NCBI GenBank assembly: GCA_019057385.1
Contig: JAHQJS010000007.1
Location: 160,001-224,000, forward strand
Source: Candidatus Borrarchaeum weybense
GTDB lineage: Archaea; Asgardarchaeota; Sifarchaeia; Borrarchaeales; Borrarchaeaceae
Direction: 5' to 3'
DNA length: 64,000 nucleotides
The notes under the pieces are model-generated. The model was not told the DNA's origin, did no database searches, and saw nothing but the letters and a program-made list of their open reading frames with translations. Positions 9,039 through 18,861 of the stretch are shown here, piece by piece (position 1 is the first letter of the stretch; every line of letters starts with the position of its first letter). A program made the translations under genes and the position numbers.

Positions 9039-9521
9039 TCATTTCTCCTCGATAGCTTTTGAGGCAGATAGTTCAAATTCTTTTAAGGCTAAAAGACAAT
9101 CATTAATTGTAAGTACTCCCAGGAGTTTTTGATCATTTTTTTGTACAATCGGAATAATAGGCACTTTACGGTCAATCAATGTCTGTGTAGCAGTCATCAC
9201 ATCAGTTTCTTCAGAGAGAGGATCGGTTTTTTCCATAATTTGCTTTATTGTAACTTGACTGGGATCCTCTTCTACAGCAATTACTTTTCTGATGATATCA
9301 GATTCCATAACTATACCGCTTAGCTTGTGTTCTTCAGAAATAACAACTAAATCGGTTATATCTCGTGTCTTCATTAGTTTTGCTGCTTCAAGCACGCTCA
9401 TTGTTTCATTTACTGCTTCATATTCGTCATGAATAGGAAGTTCAGAAACTAAAGGTAGTTTTTTTTGCATAGTTTGTCCCTCGTTGCACTTCAAGGAAAA
9501 ATGTCTCAAATATTTATTCAA
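9039..9521 (-). CDS. CBS-domain pair protein (start probably ATG near 9470)
   Basis: SVLEAAKLM...LVVI...LSGIVMESDII and IPIV...LLGVLTINDCL motifs. Confidence 0.9.
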   Translation of the reverse strand: MNKYLRHFSLKCNEGQTMQKKLPLVSELPIHDEYEAVNETMSVLEAAKLMKTRDITDLVVISEEHKLSGIVMESDIIRKVIAVEEDPSQVTIKQIMEKTDPLSEETDVMTATQTLIDRKVPIIPIVQKNDQKLLGVLTINDCLLALKEFELSASKAIEEK

Positions 9522-9648
9522 TTAACTCTTTCAACTAATCAATGGACATTTAAAAATATAAAACTATTGAATTTGATATTGATAAAAATTGAACTCCTAG
9601 GCGTTTTTAAAGTTTATTTGAATATTATAAGGGTATTACTTCAAATGT

Positions 9649-10113
9649 CTATTTACGAACTCTTACAATTTGCCCCTGATTTGCTTTCTGTAATTCTTCC
9701 GGAGAAATTTTTACTAGTGAGTGTTCAGATCCTCCACTTGTGTAAACAACTTCATTTTCTATTACTCTTGGATCTATCAGAAATATTGCTTGATATCCAA
9801 ATGAAGGAACACCACCACAAGGAAATCCTGTTTTTTCTAAAATCTCTTCTGGTTTAGCGGTTCTGGGTCTTTCGATATTTAAAGCTTTAGCTACACGTGA
9901 CGTACTAACTCTATTCTCTCCTTTGACAATAGCGACTATCAGATTTCCTTGAAAGTCAACCATGCAAATGTTTTTAACAAACTCTTCTCTCTCAGCCTTT
10001 GCAGCTTTTGCAGCTTCTTCTACTGAATGACAGGATTTTTCAAAGTGAAGATGTGCACACTTAATATCTTTATCTCGTATAAAGGCTTTCATTTTTTCTT
10101 CAAATTCATTCAT
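9649..10113 (-). CDS. YbaK/EbsC aminoacyl-tRNA deacylase family protein
   Basis: HSVEEAAKA...VKNI...TGFPCGGVPSFG...SGG motifs. Confidence 0.9.
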   Translation of the reverse strand: MNEFEEKMKAFIRDKDIKCAHLHFEKSCHSVEEAAKAAKAEREEFVKNICMVDFQGNLIVAIVKGENRVSTSRVAKALNIERPRTAKPEEILEKTGFPCGGVPSFGYQAIFLIDPRVIENEVVYTSGGSEHSLVKISPEELQKANQGQIVRVRK

Positions 10114-10199
10114 GCTTCAAAAATAGTATTAGTAGCCTTAAATAAAGGCTTTGATTCTATACTATAACTCTTTTTTTAGATTTACATTGAATCCAATTG

Positions 10200-10886
10200 C
10201 TAGCTTAAACTTTTTCCGCAGTTCGGACAGAAGATCATATCATCTTCAAGTGGAAAATCACAAGATGGACAAGTGTTCATTTTTATTACAGGTTTTAAAC
10301 CTGATTCAATTTCAACTCCACAATTCGGACAGTATATCACATCATCTTCCAATTTAAAACCACAATTCTGACATTTTTTCGCTTCCATTGGATGAACTTC
10401 CCCAACATCAGCCACAGGGGGACTAGTCTCAATACCAGGTTGCATAACCGGTTCCATAGTAGGTTGCATAACCGGTTCCATAACAGGAATTGGGGTAGTC
10501 GAAACTTGACCTTCAGAAGGTAGTCCTTTTACTTTTTCTTGACAATATCTTACAACCTGTTGTGCACTCTTGCCCATTAAATACTTCTCATCCGCTCGTA
10601 TAGGATTTCCTTTAAGATATATTTTCTGCAAGTTTGTTAGATATTCTAAGCCTTTTAGTTCTGTTATTTCATTAAAACGAAGATCCAATACTCTTAGTTG
10701 AGCTAGGTTCTCTAAACCGCGAATCTCCTTTATTTTGTTATGGTCAATAATCAACTCTTGAAGATTTGTAAAATTACCTAAGCCCTGAATCTCAGAAATG
10801 GCCTGTAATTTCTTAAAACGGATTTCTAACTTGCCTTTTTTAACTTCATAGTTGTTTCCTCTAACAGTAACATAACCATTTGTCAT
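10200..10886 (-). CDS. LRR protein with Pro-rich linker and double zinc ribbons
   Basis: Three SDS22-like LRRs between caps shared with 18862-21294; MEPVMQPT repeat; four CxxC pairs. Confidence 0.88.
   Translation of the reverse strand: MTNGYVTVRGNNYEVKKGKLEIRFKKLQAISEIQGLGNFTNLQELIIDHNKIKEIRGLENLAQLRVLDLRFNEITELKGLEYLTNLQKIYLKGNPIRADEKYLMGKSAQQVVRYCQEKVKGLPSEGQVSTTPIPVMEPVMQPTMEPVMQPGIETSPPVADVGEVHPMEAKKCQNCGFKLEDDVIYCPNCGVEIESGLKPVIKMNTCPSCDFPLEDDMIFCPNCGKSLS
10437..10482. repeat. 24-bp-period tandem repeat encoding MEPVMQP(T)
   Basis: AGGTTGCATAACCGGTTCCATA at 10437 and 10461. Confidence 0.9.
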
Positions 10887-11205
10887 ATTCAGTTCATCAC
10901 CGTTTTTTTCTTTTATTTTTGAGAGGTAAACTCATATGGCTTTTCAGTGTTTAATTATTTCTGTTAACAGAAAATCTCTATTAAGAACTTGTCAAACGAC
11001 TATAAAAATGATATCAGCAAGATTTATATTGAATGAATGTATGCAAATCCATTCTTGTGTAATAGCGAATCTTATGAGAGAGTATCCGACTTTGGAAGGA
11101 GATATAATTCAAACAATGTCTAAGTTTCACTAAAGAATTGACTCAGAAAGATTTAAATTACTAGAGTTTTTTTCATCGATTACTTTACAGTATTAAGCAA
11201 AATTC

Positions 11206-12447
11206 TTGAGTATGGAAGAATGCAATTTGTCCAAATACATTGAACGAAAGCTTTTAACAGGTTGCTCCGTTGTCCATATAGTAAATGATGGATCAGAAGT
11301 TGTAATAGCTGCATTATTACCGCTTATAGCACAAGAATTCTTGCTTAGTTATTTTCAAATTGGTGTACTCTTAGCTTCATATCTGTTAATTCTGGGCATT
11401 TTTCAGATTGCTTTTGGCTACCTTTCAGAAAAATTCTCTGAAAAAATCTTATTGAGTTTTGGTTTAGGCATAGTAATGGTTTCCTCTTTTCTAATTAGTC
11501 AAACTCAAATTTTCTCCGCATTGTTCGCCTTTAATTGTATGGCAGGCATTGGAGCAAGTACATTCCACCCTGCAAATTTTACTTTGGTGTCACGAGTTTA
11601 TGAGGGAAACGTCCAACGAGATAAAGTGATGGGGGTCATTGCAGGAGTTGGAGATCTCGGAGTTTTGATTGCATTCTTTTCAAATGGGTTTATTGGTCAA
11701 TTCTTCGGATGGAGACTGGCTTTTCTGATTTGGGGAGTCTTAGCAGCTCTGGCTATTATTATTCACTCAATCCTCTCTAGAAACTCATCATATGTATGCT
11801 CGACTAATGATTCTTCAAATACTCATTCCAAGTCAGATGAAAACAAACCATCGAGTTATTCCTCAAAGGTAAAATGGGGTCTAGTTCTCATACTAGCGCT
11901 TAACTTCTGTATTGGCGCAGCGTATCGTACATATCTTGCATTTACACCACTCTTTCTCACAACCACAAAAGGCTTTAGTACAGCAATTGCAGACTCGATA
12001 ATGAGTATAATGATTGCCGTAGGAGTCATTTCAATCTCGTTAAGCGGTTTTATATTTAAAAAGTATGGAAAGCGAAGAATTGAACTACTTACACTGCTTG
12101 TATTAGGTGTTGTTTCGATTTTATTTGCTTTCGTTCAATTAACTGTAGCGATAATCATTCTTCTTCTGATGGTAGGATTTAGCTTATACATAATGTACCC
12201 GATTGTGCTAACCTTAGTAGCAGATTTAACACATTTTGAAAAACGTGGTCGAAGCTATGGTTATTTTATGAGTATAAGTTGGATTGGAGGCGCGTTTTCA
12301 TCTTTCTTGAATGGGATTCTTTCTGAGATTTTCGGATTGTTTATTATTTATATTGTCGTTGCCGTTATCATGCTTCTCTGTATAGGTTTGGTTGCTTTTA
12401 GTAGTGCAGACCTTTGGTCAAAAAAGTTAAATGATGTCGATAACTGA
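11206..12447 (+). CDS. MFS transporter (Fsr-like)
   Basis: About 12 TM segments; H.VND, GYLSEKFS, GIGASTFHP and KKYGKR motifs. Confidence 0.92.
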   Translation: MSMEECNLSKYIERKLLTGCSVVHIVNDGSEVVIAALLPLIAQEFLLSYFQIGVLLASYLLILGIFQIAFGYLSEKFSEKILLSFGLGIVMVSSFLISQTQIFSALFAFNCMAGIGASTFHPANFTLVSRVYEGNVQRDKVMGVIAGVGDLGVLIAFFSNGFIGQFFGWRLAFLIWGVLAALAIIIHSILSRNSSYVCSTNDSSNTHSKSDENKPSSYSSKVKWGLVLILALNFCIGAAYRTYLAFTPLFLTTTKGFSTAIADSIMSIMIAVGVISISLSGFIFKKYGKRRIELLTLLVLGVVSILFAFVQLTVAIIILLLMVGFSLYIMYPIVLTLVADLTHFEKRGRSYGYFMSISWIGGAFSSFLNGILSEIFGLFIIYIVVAVIMLLCIGLVAFSSADLWSKKLNDVDN

Positions 12448-12558
12448 TATTTTGAAAATCATGCATTCTTCGTGAGGTAATTGTAGATCTCGCAATTTTT
12501 TTCCTTTATTTTAAAGTTTATGCGAAAATGTTTTATTTCTGAAGCTAGGATATAATAT

Positions 12559-13233
12559 TTGCAGTTAGTTACAGTTAAATTTGTATATCGGAGCGTAATA
12601 CACTGCGAAATTTTCAAAATATTAAAATCTAGTGATATGGTGGAGAGTTGTTTCATAATGTCTTTCGTGGAGGAGTTCTTTAAAAGGGGAAATACATATT
12701 TCAAGCAAAGAAAATACCAACAAGCGATAGATGAATATACTAAAGCACTAGAAAATGATCCGAACAATTTTTATCTTTTGTACAATATGGGCGTCACTTG
12801 TTTTGAGTTATCTCAGTACACGAGAGCAATTGAATTCTACAGACGTGCATTGAGTATCAATCCAAGCTCAATAAAACTATGGAACAATTTGGGTGCTGCG
12901 TATGATGAATTAGGTCAACGCGAGACAGCAATAGAATGCTACAGTAAAACAATACAATTAAACCCAGAAGACGATATCGCATGGTACAACCTTGGCGTCG
13001 CTTATGAAAGGCGTGGAGAAAGCGACAAAGCAGTTCAATCTTATCAAAGAATTGTTGAAATCACGCCTCATGATGAAAATGCTTGGTTATTCTTGGGATG
13101 GGCTTATGGAAGAATGGGCTATTTTCGTCAAGAAATAGAATGTTATGAAACGGTGTTGATGCTAAATCCTAATCATCAACGTGCTAAAAGAGATTTAGAA
13201 CTTGCGCAAAAGAGGACACCTTTAATATTTTAA
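12559..13233 (+). CDS. TPR-repeat protein (start probably ATG 12658)
   Basis: Five consecutive 34-aa TPRs (W.NLG.AY...G....A..Y). Confidence 0.92.
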   Translation: MQLVTVKFVYRSVIHCEIFKILKSSDMVESCFIMSFVEEFFKRGNTYFKQRKYQQAIDEYTKALENDPNNFYLLYNMGVTCFELSQYTRAIEFYRRALSINPSSIKLWNNLGAAYDELGQRETAIECYSKTIQLNPEDDIAWYNLGVAYERRGESDKAVQSYQRIVEITPHDENAWLFLGWAYGRMGYFRQEIECYETVLMLNPNHQRAKRDLELAQKRTPLIF

Positions 13234-13527
13234 TTAAATAGCAAGGTCCATTTCCAATCTCAATTCCAAATAATTTTTCTTCTTAATTTTGTTTAACTCT
13301 TATTTGAAACTAGATGCTATGCCATTCTTTAATTGTTGATTTTTGAACACATTTCATATGTATGCTCTTTCTGTTTTTTAGCAACTTTTTGATAAGTTAT
13401 TTAAAATGTTTCTTAAAATCATTATTAATCTCTTTGAAGTGTTGAGACTTGTGGTTTTAAAAAGAATAAGTCATAAAAATGTAAAGAAAGCTTAAAATCC
13501 AAATCAGCTTAAATTTTTCAGCTTAAT

Positions 13528-14511
13528 ATGGGTGTTTTTCAAATGGAGATTAAAGAGATAAAAATTAATGAACTTAATCCTGAAAAATTCATAGATGAGA
13601 AAATACAAGAGATATCCTCAACAGTTGGAGATGGAATCGCTATTAATGCATTATCTGGCGGTGTTGACTCATCAACAGTCACTATGTTAGGGCATAAAGC
13701 TTTAGGAAGTCGGCTCAGAACTTACTTCATAGAGAATGGTTTAATGAGAGACGATGAACCTCAACAAGTGGTATCCCTATTTAAGAATCTAGGAGTCCAC
13801 GTAGAAATTATAGACGCAAAAGAAACTTTCTTCAAAGCATTGAAAGGAATAATAGATCCAGAAGAGAAGAGGGATAAAGGCATTACAAAAACTTTTTACA
13901 AGGATGTTTTCGGGAAATTAGTAAAGGAAAGCGGAGCAAAATTCTTACTTCAAGGAACCATTTACACCGATATAGAAGAAACTGTTGCGGGGATAAAGAG
14001 GCAACATAATGTACTTGAACAACTTGGAATAGATACAGAAGAGCAATATGGCTATAAAGTTATTGAACCTTTGCTTGAACTTAGAAAAGATACGGTGAGA
14101 GTTGTTGCTAAACATCTGGGACTTCCAGAATCAACGTACAACAGAATGCCTTTCCCAGGACCTGCCTTAGCGGCAAGAGTAATAGGGGAAGTAACACCTG
14201 AGAGAATTGAAATTGTTAGGAAAGCAACAACAATAGTAGAAGAAGAATTAGCAAACATAGACGCCTTTCAATATATGGCAATACTCCATGAAGACAGAGT
14301 TACTGGAATAAGGAGCGGAAAGAGAGAGTTTGGTCGACAAATTGAAATTAGATGTTGGGATAGTGTCGATGCAACAGTTGCTACACCAACATGTTTAAAC
14401 TTCGAAACGCTGGAGAAACTAGCTGATAGGATCACAAGAGAAGTTCCTGGCGTGGTAAGTGTAACTTACAATATTGCAAAGAAACCACCTTCCACAATGG
14501 AAGTTGTTTAG
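13528..14511 (+). CDS. guaA: GMP synthase, ATP pyrophosphatase subunit B (archaeal split type)
   Basis: ALSGGVDSS PP-loop, DPEEKR, LLQGTIY.D, IKRQHNV, PFPGPALAAR and KPPST.E motifs; no glutaminase domain. Confidence 0.92.
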   Translation: MGVFQMEIKEIKINELNPEKFIDEKIQEISSTVGDGIAINALSGGVDSSTVTMLGHKALGSRLRTYFIENGLMRDDEPQQVVSLFKNLGVHVEIIDAKETFFKALKGIIDPEEKRDKGITKTFYKDVFGKLVKESGAKFLLQGTIYTDIEETVAGIKRQHNVLEQLGIDTEEQYGYKVIEPLLELRKDTVRVVAKHLGLPESTYNRMPFPGPALAARVIGEVTPERIEIVRKATTIVEEELANIDAFQYMAILHEDRVTGIRSGKREFGRQIEIRCWDSVDATVATPTCLNFETLEKLADRITREVPGVVSVTYNIAKKPPSTMEVV

Positions 14512-14740
14512 ACGTCTCCTTTTCTTTTTAAGCGTCAAGCAAGTCCTCATTTTTTACCATAACTTTTTAAAAACAGGTAATTTTCCTTCAAAATTTTCTA
14601 ACGCAAAAAATATCACATTTTATCACGTTTTTGTGATCATCAGTTTCTTTTTTGGTGAAAAGTTTATAATCATCAACGTAGATACTATATTTGAATATCA
14701 AAAAAACAATATATGGATTTGTACAAAAATTAGGGGCGTA

Positions 14741-14800
14741 TTTATCATTATAGTTTAATACACAAGCCGGTTTATCATTATAGTTTAATACAAAAACTGG
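14741..14800 (+). repeat. 30-bp tandem duplication directly upstream of the A/V-ATPase C gene
   Basis: TTTATCATTATAGTTTAATACACAAGCCGG / TTTATCATTATAGTTTAATACAAAAACTGG, 27/30 identical. Confidence 0.9.
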
Positions 14801-14808
14801 GGATTCTA

Positions 14809-15894
14809 ATGTCGCTCTGGACATACGGTTACCTCAATGCGAGGCTTAGAGGTCTCCTAAGTTTTATGACCAGAGCGGACACCATTCATAATTTGCTACA
14901 AGCGGCTACAGTTAACGAATTAATAGATATTATTAATTTAACTTCTTATAAAAAATATTTTGAAGCCTTGGATGAGATTTCAATCGATCAAATTGAAATA
15001 GCATTAAAAACACACTTTTCTGATATATGTAATTCGCTTCATAGGGGTTTAAGGGGGAAGCTTGCCTATACTTTTAATGCTATATTGGCAAAGTTTAATA
15101 GTCCGAATTTAAAAACAATCTTGAGAGGTATACACGCCGACCTTGATAGAGATGACATTCTTAAATATATTTTCCCTATTAAAGGCTCATTTCCAAGAAT
15201 AGCATCAAATGGATGCTTTTCGGAAAGTTTTACTCCACTTGCTAAAGAAAATACAATTAAAGATGCTCTAGAAAACATTAGAAACCCCGAACTAAGAAAT
15301 AAACTTTTAGAAGCATATTCTGAATATCAGGCCTCAGATAATCTGCTTTTTTTAGAATTATCTATTGATAATTTTGTATACAGCCAACTTTGGAAAACTG
15401 TATGCAAGTGGAAGTCTAATAAGTTATTCAGAATTAATCCAAAATTTCATATTAAGAATTTAGTGGGAGAAGAAATTGATTTAATGAATATTTTAGTAAT
15501 TTTACGATGTATTTCGCAAGGTATCGACCCACAACAATTTATTATTCCAATTTATTATAGGATCTGCAAAATTGTTCCTATTATCTTAAAACAAGATAGT
15601 ATAGATAAGGTTTCACAGATTTTTTCACAATGCCCATTTTATGAGTACCTTTTTGCGGATTTTGCAGATAAAGAGCTTTTTGAAGTGATTTCAACGTTAG
15701 AAGTCACTTTACCAAGGCATCATGTGCGTTTGTGCAGGGATTGCTTTAATGAGCATCCCTATAATGTTGCTTTACTCTATTGTTTTCTTATCGTGAAATT
15801 TTATGAGATTTACGATCTTAGGTTAGTTCTTGCTGGCAAATTAGAAGAAATGAGTCCTACGAAAATTCAAAATCATTTGATACTCTATACTTAA
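14809..15894 (+). CDS. atpC: A/V-type ATP synthase subunit C (AhaC / Vma6-like)
   Basis: YGYLNARLRG, NLKTILRG, EEIDLMNILVILR and E...LR....GK motifs. Confidence 0.85.
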   Translation: MSLWTYGYLNARLRGLLSFMTRADTIHNLLQAATVNELIDIINLTSYKKYFEALDEISIDQIEIALKTHFSDICNSLHRGLRGKLAYTFNAILAKFNSPNLKTILRGIHADLDRDDILKYIFPIKGSFPRIASNGCFSESFTPLAKENTIKDALENIRNPELRNKLLEAYSEYQASDNLLFLELSIDNFVYSQLWKTVCKWKSNKLFRINPKFHIKNLVGEEIDLMNILVILRCISQGIDPQQFIIPIYYRICKIVPIILKQDSIDKVSQIFSQCPFYEYLFADFADKELFEVISTLEVTLPRHHVRLCRDCFNEHPYNVALLYCFLIVKFYEIYDLRLVLAGKLEEMSPTKIQNHLILYT

Positions 15895-15916
15895 AGAAGA
15901 GGAGGTGAACTGAAAT

Positions 15917-16231
15917 ATGAAAAAATCTAAATTCGTGATCCTTTCGTTTCTTTCAGTCTTTTTGCTAATTCAGCGTGCCGTTGCTGAGAATGAAATCATC
16001 CATACAATTCCTGAAAACGGACTCATTGCTATAGGTGTTGGAGTTCTTCTCGGTCTGGCTGGTCTTGGGGCCGCCTTAGGTATGGGTATGGCTAGTTCTG
16101 CAGCGTGTGGAGCGATTGCTGAAAAACCAGAAATATACGGAAGAACCATGCTCTTTATTGTTTTCATTGAGGCCATTGCAATTTATGCCTTTGTTATTGC
16201 ACTAATGATGGCAACTACAATAATAGGCTAA
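15917..16231 (+). CDS. atpK: A/V-type ATP synthase proteolipid subunit K/c with N-terminal leader
   Basis: GLAGLGAALGMG...AEKPE...FIEAIAIY; one hairpin with the conserved Glu; GGAGGTGA RBS. Confidence 0.93.
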   Translation: MKKSKFVILSFLSVFLLIQRAVAENEIIHTIPENGLIAIGVGVLLGLAGLGAALGMGMASSAACGAIAEKPEIYGRTMLFIVFIEAIAIYAFVIALMMATTIIG

Positions 16232-16335
16232 AAACAATATTTCCAACAAACTAATAGTCAGTTTAAAGGTTTTTTGATGCGTTAACTGAATAATTTTTTC
16301 CATAATGATTTGAATTTAACCTATGGGGTGATATC

Positions 16336-16656
16336 GTGAGAGAAAACTCAATCAATACTATTAAAGAAAAAATAGAATGTTTCAAAAACCTTAGCTTAGC
16401 AATTACTGTCCCGAGTTTTGTGATAATAGGTCTTGTAGTAGATTACTACTATGGGATAATGTGCAATTATATATTGTGCGGCACTGGTGTGCTCTCTGGT
16501 ACATTAATCGGGATATTCCTTACCTTTATAGAAGTAATTGCTTGGTATAATCATCCTAATACATCTCCCAGAAAAATTCCAGCACATAGGCTCTCAAAAC
16601 TCATTAAAGATAGCACTTGGGTTAATCAACCGGTTAAGACACAAGAAATAAACTAG
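16336..16656 (+). CDS. AtpZ/AtpI-like (ATPase gene 1) small membrane protein
   Basis: Two TM helices with G..VDYY.G...G.L.G pattern; follows subunit K; GGGGTGA RBS. Confidence 0.5.
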   Translation: MRENSINTIKEKIECFKNLSLAITVPSFVIIGLVVDYYYGIMCNYILCGTGVLSGTLIGIFLTFIEVIAWYNHPNTSPRKIPAHRLSKLIKDSTWVNQPVKTQEIN

Positions 16657-16893
16657 AACTATAATCTCATCAAAGAAATTCAAGTTCACAGCAAAACATG
16701 TTATTTAATTCTACCTGAAATGGAGATGATGTCTCTAATGTGTTTAAGTAAAATACATTTATACAGTATTTTTTTCATAATTACTGCTAAGTTGCCAACA
16801 CGAAAGGAATTCAGGGAATTTTGTATACCAATCGAGCCTTAATCATTAAAAGATATTGTGTTTTTACCGGAATGTTCCTGATTCGATAATAAA

Positions 16894-17151
16894 ATGAAAG
16901 AAAGAGGAGGTGGAAAAAAAATACTGGTCGAAATTCCTAAACTGAAGTATTTAAAGACTTTCATAATTTCAGAAAATAAAATCTTACGTTTTCTTCAGAA
17001 GGATGAAAAATACTACATTGAAATAATCGGGAAGGGATATATAGTTCAATATTTAGCAGGTAAAACTCTAATAATGGCAGAAAAACGCTATAAAGATGTT
17101 ATCAAAAAGATAAATGCAGGATGGAGTTCTCTTGAACCATTTTGGTTTTAG
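16894..17151 (+). CDS. Hypothetical protein
   Basis: 85-aa ORF directly upstream of hdrA; no motif. Confidence 0.45.
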   Translation: MKERGGGKKILVEIPKLKYLKTFIISENKILRFLQKDEKYYIEIIGKGYIVQYLAGKTLIMAEKRYKDVIKKINAGWSSLEPFWF

Positions 17152-18535
17152 ACATAATAAAAGAATAGGTTTATCAAAGGTTCTTGTGTGTGGAGGAGGA
17201 ATAGCTGGAATTATCGCTTCGCTTCGTGTGGCAGAGTATGGAGTGGAATGTTATCTAGTTGAAAAAGAGGCGAGTATAGGCGGCCACATGATCCAATACC
17301 CAAAAGTTTTTCCAACTCTTGATTGTTCGCAATGTATCTTAACTCCTAAGCTAGGAGATATTCACGATGCAGAAAATATTCAACTTTTAACCTTATCAGA
17401 AATAGAGGACATCTCTGGAACACCTGGAAATTGGAAAGTAAAGATAAGACAAAAGCCGCGGTTTGTTGATATTCAAAAATGTATTGGCTGCGGAGAGTGC
17501 TTTAACGTATGTCCTATTGAAGTGCCTAGTGAATTTAACCAAGGACTAGGGACAAGAAAAGCAATATACCGACCGTTTCTTCAGGCAGTTCCCAACGTTG
17601 CGGTGATCGACGCAAACGCATGTACCGATTGTGGACTTTGTGAAACAGTATGTCCTTCGAATGCAATAATTAGAGATGATGAAGAAAAAACTATAGAAAT
17701 AGATATCGCTGCAATAATCCTAACAACGGGTTTTGATCTTTATGATCCAAGAATTTTGGGTAGATATCTTTATGGAAAAAATCCAAACGTCCTTACATCT
17801 CTCCAAATGGAGCGAATGCTGGATATAACAGGGCCCACAGGCAGCCGAGTTATTCGCCCAAGTGATGGGAAAGATGTTAAGAAAGTCGCCTATGTGCTTT
17901 GTTGTGGATCAAGGAATGCTGAAGCAGGAGCAAATAAGGACGAGGGTGTTCCATATTGTTCTACTGTATGTTGTCTCTATGCTCTGAAACAAGCTATACT
18001 CCTCAGAAAGTTCGAGATTGAGATTTGGCTTTATTACCTTGATATTCGAGCACCAGGGACTCGATATGAAGATTTTTATCACCATGCACAGGAATTAGGA
18101 GTGAATTTCATCAAAGGCAGAGTTTCTGAAATTATGCCGACACTAAATGGCGATAAACTCCTAGTTCGAGCAGAAGATTTGCACATTAACTGCATAATAG
18201 AAAATGAAGTTGATCTTGCGGTTTTATGTCCACCAGTCTTACCAAGCGAAGGTACGAAGGAGTTGGCACAGAAATTGAAGGTTCCACTAAACGAGTATAA
18301 ATTCATTTTAGAGAGCCATCCGAAATTGGATCCACTTGCAACAAAACGAGAAGGAATTTTCGCAGCAGGTATGGCTACTGGACCAAAAGATATACAAACT
18401 ACAGTTTCCGAAGCAGAAGGAGCCGCAATAAAAGCCATTAATTTTGTACGCGCAAAAGCTATAATAGCTGAGAAAGAAAAAGCCGCAATACATGTTAACC
18501 ATCTTATAAAAGCAAAAAAGGAGAGCGTCGTATAA
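17114..18535 (+). CDS. hdrA: Heterodisulfide reductase subunit A-like flavoprotein (truncated, stand-alone)
   Basis: GGGIAG FAD motif, FPTLDCSQCILTPK, two CxxCxxCxxxCP ferredoxin motifs, CCGSR, YCSTVCC and GPKDI. Confidence 0.9.
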   Translation: MQDGVLLNHFGFRHNKRIGLSKVLVCGGGIAGIIASLRVAEYGVECYLVEKEASIGGHMIQYPKVFPTLDCSQCILTPKLGDIHDAENIQLLTLSEIEDISGTPGNWKVKIRQKPRFVDIQKCIGCGECFNVCPIEVPSEFNQGLGTRKAIYRPFLQAVPNVAVIDANACTDCGLCETVCPSNAIIRDDEEKTIEIDIAAIILTTGFDLYDPRILGRYLYGKNPNVLTSLQMERMLDITGPTGSRVIRPSDGKDVKKVAYVLCCGSRNAEAGANKDEGVPYCSTVCCLYALKQAILLRKFEIEIWLYYLDIRAPGTRYEDFYHHAQELGVNFIKGRVSEIMPTLNGDKLLVRAEDLHINCIIENEVDLAVLCPPVLPSEGTKELAQKLKVPLNEYKFILESHPKLDPLATKREGIFAAGMATGPKDIQTTVSEAEGAAIKAINFVRAKAIIAEKEKAAIHVNHLIKAKKESVV

Positions 18536-18537
18536 AA

Positions 18538-18753
18538 ATGGGTTATTGGGGTTTTTTTGGAAAAGGAAAATTAAAGACATCAAAAAAACCATCCAAAAAA
18601 CTTGTGAGACTTGCAACCACCGTCTATGAGACGGCTTTGTGCGCAAAACGTGACACATTAGAAGGATCTCAAATGGACGACTGCTCTTGGCTTAGTTATC
18701 TAATTGAAAGGGGTCTAGAAAAAATCGAACATTGGAAGGAACTCTGGAAATAA
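18538..18753 (+). CDS. Small hypothetical protein with a basic N-terminus
   Basis: ATG 2 nt after the hdrA stop; 71 aa. Confidence 0.5.
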   Translation: MGYWGFFGKGKLKTSKKPSKKLVRLATTVYETALCAKRDTLEGSQMDDCSWLSYLIERGLEKIEHWKELWK

Positions 18754-18861
18754 GTAAGCATTTAATGAAGGGTATCCTCTTTAAAGGATAAGAGGAAAGA
18801 ATAAACAAAGAGGAGAACACCTCTTTAAGTCATTAATCACGAAAAGAATGAGGAATGCCAT

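Noticed and set aside
14741-14800. Possible CRISPR repeat pair
   Set aside because: Only two units, directly tandem with a 30-bp period and no unique spacer; no cas genes in the window.
16657-16842. 61 open codons after the TAG of the AtpI-like gene, suggesting amber read-through
   Set aside because: The translation has no recognisable features and there is no paralog to align; compatible with chance.
17114-18535. Selenocysteine in HdrA
   Set aside because: No in-frame TGA; the relevant positions are Cys codons.
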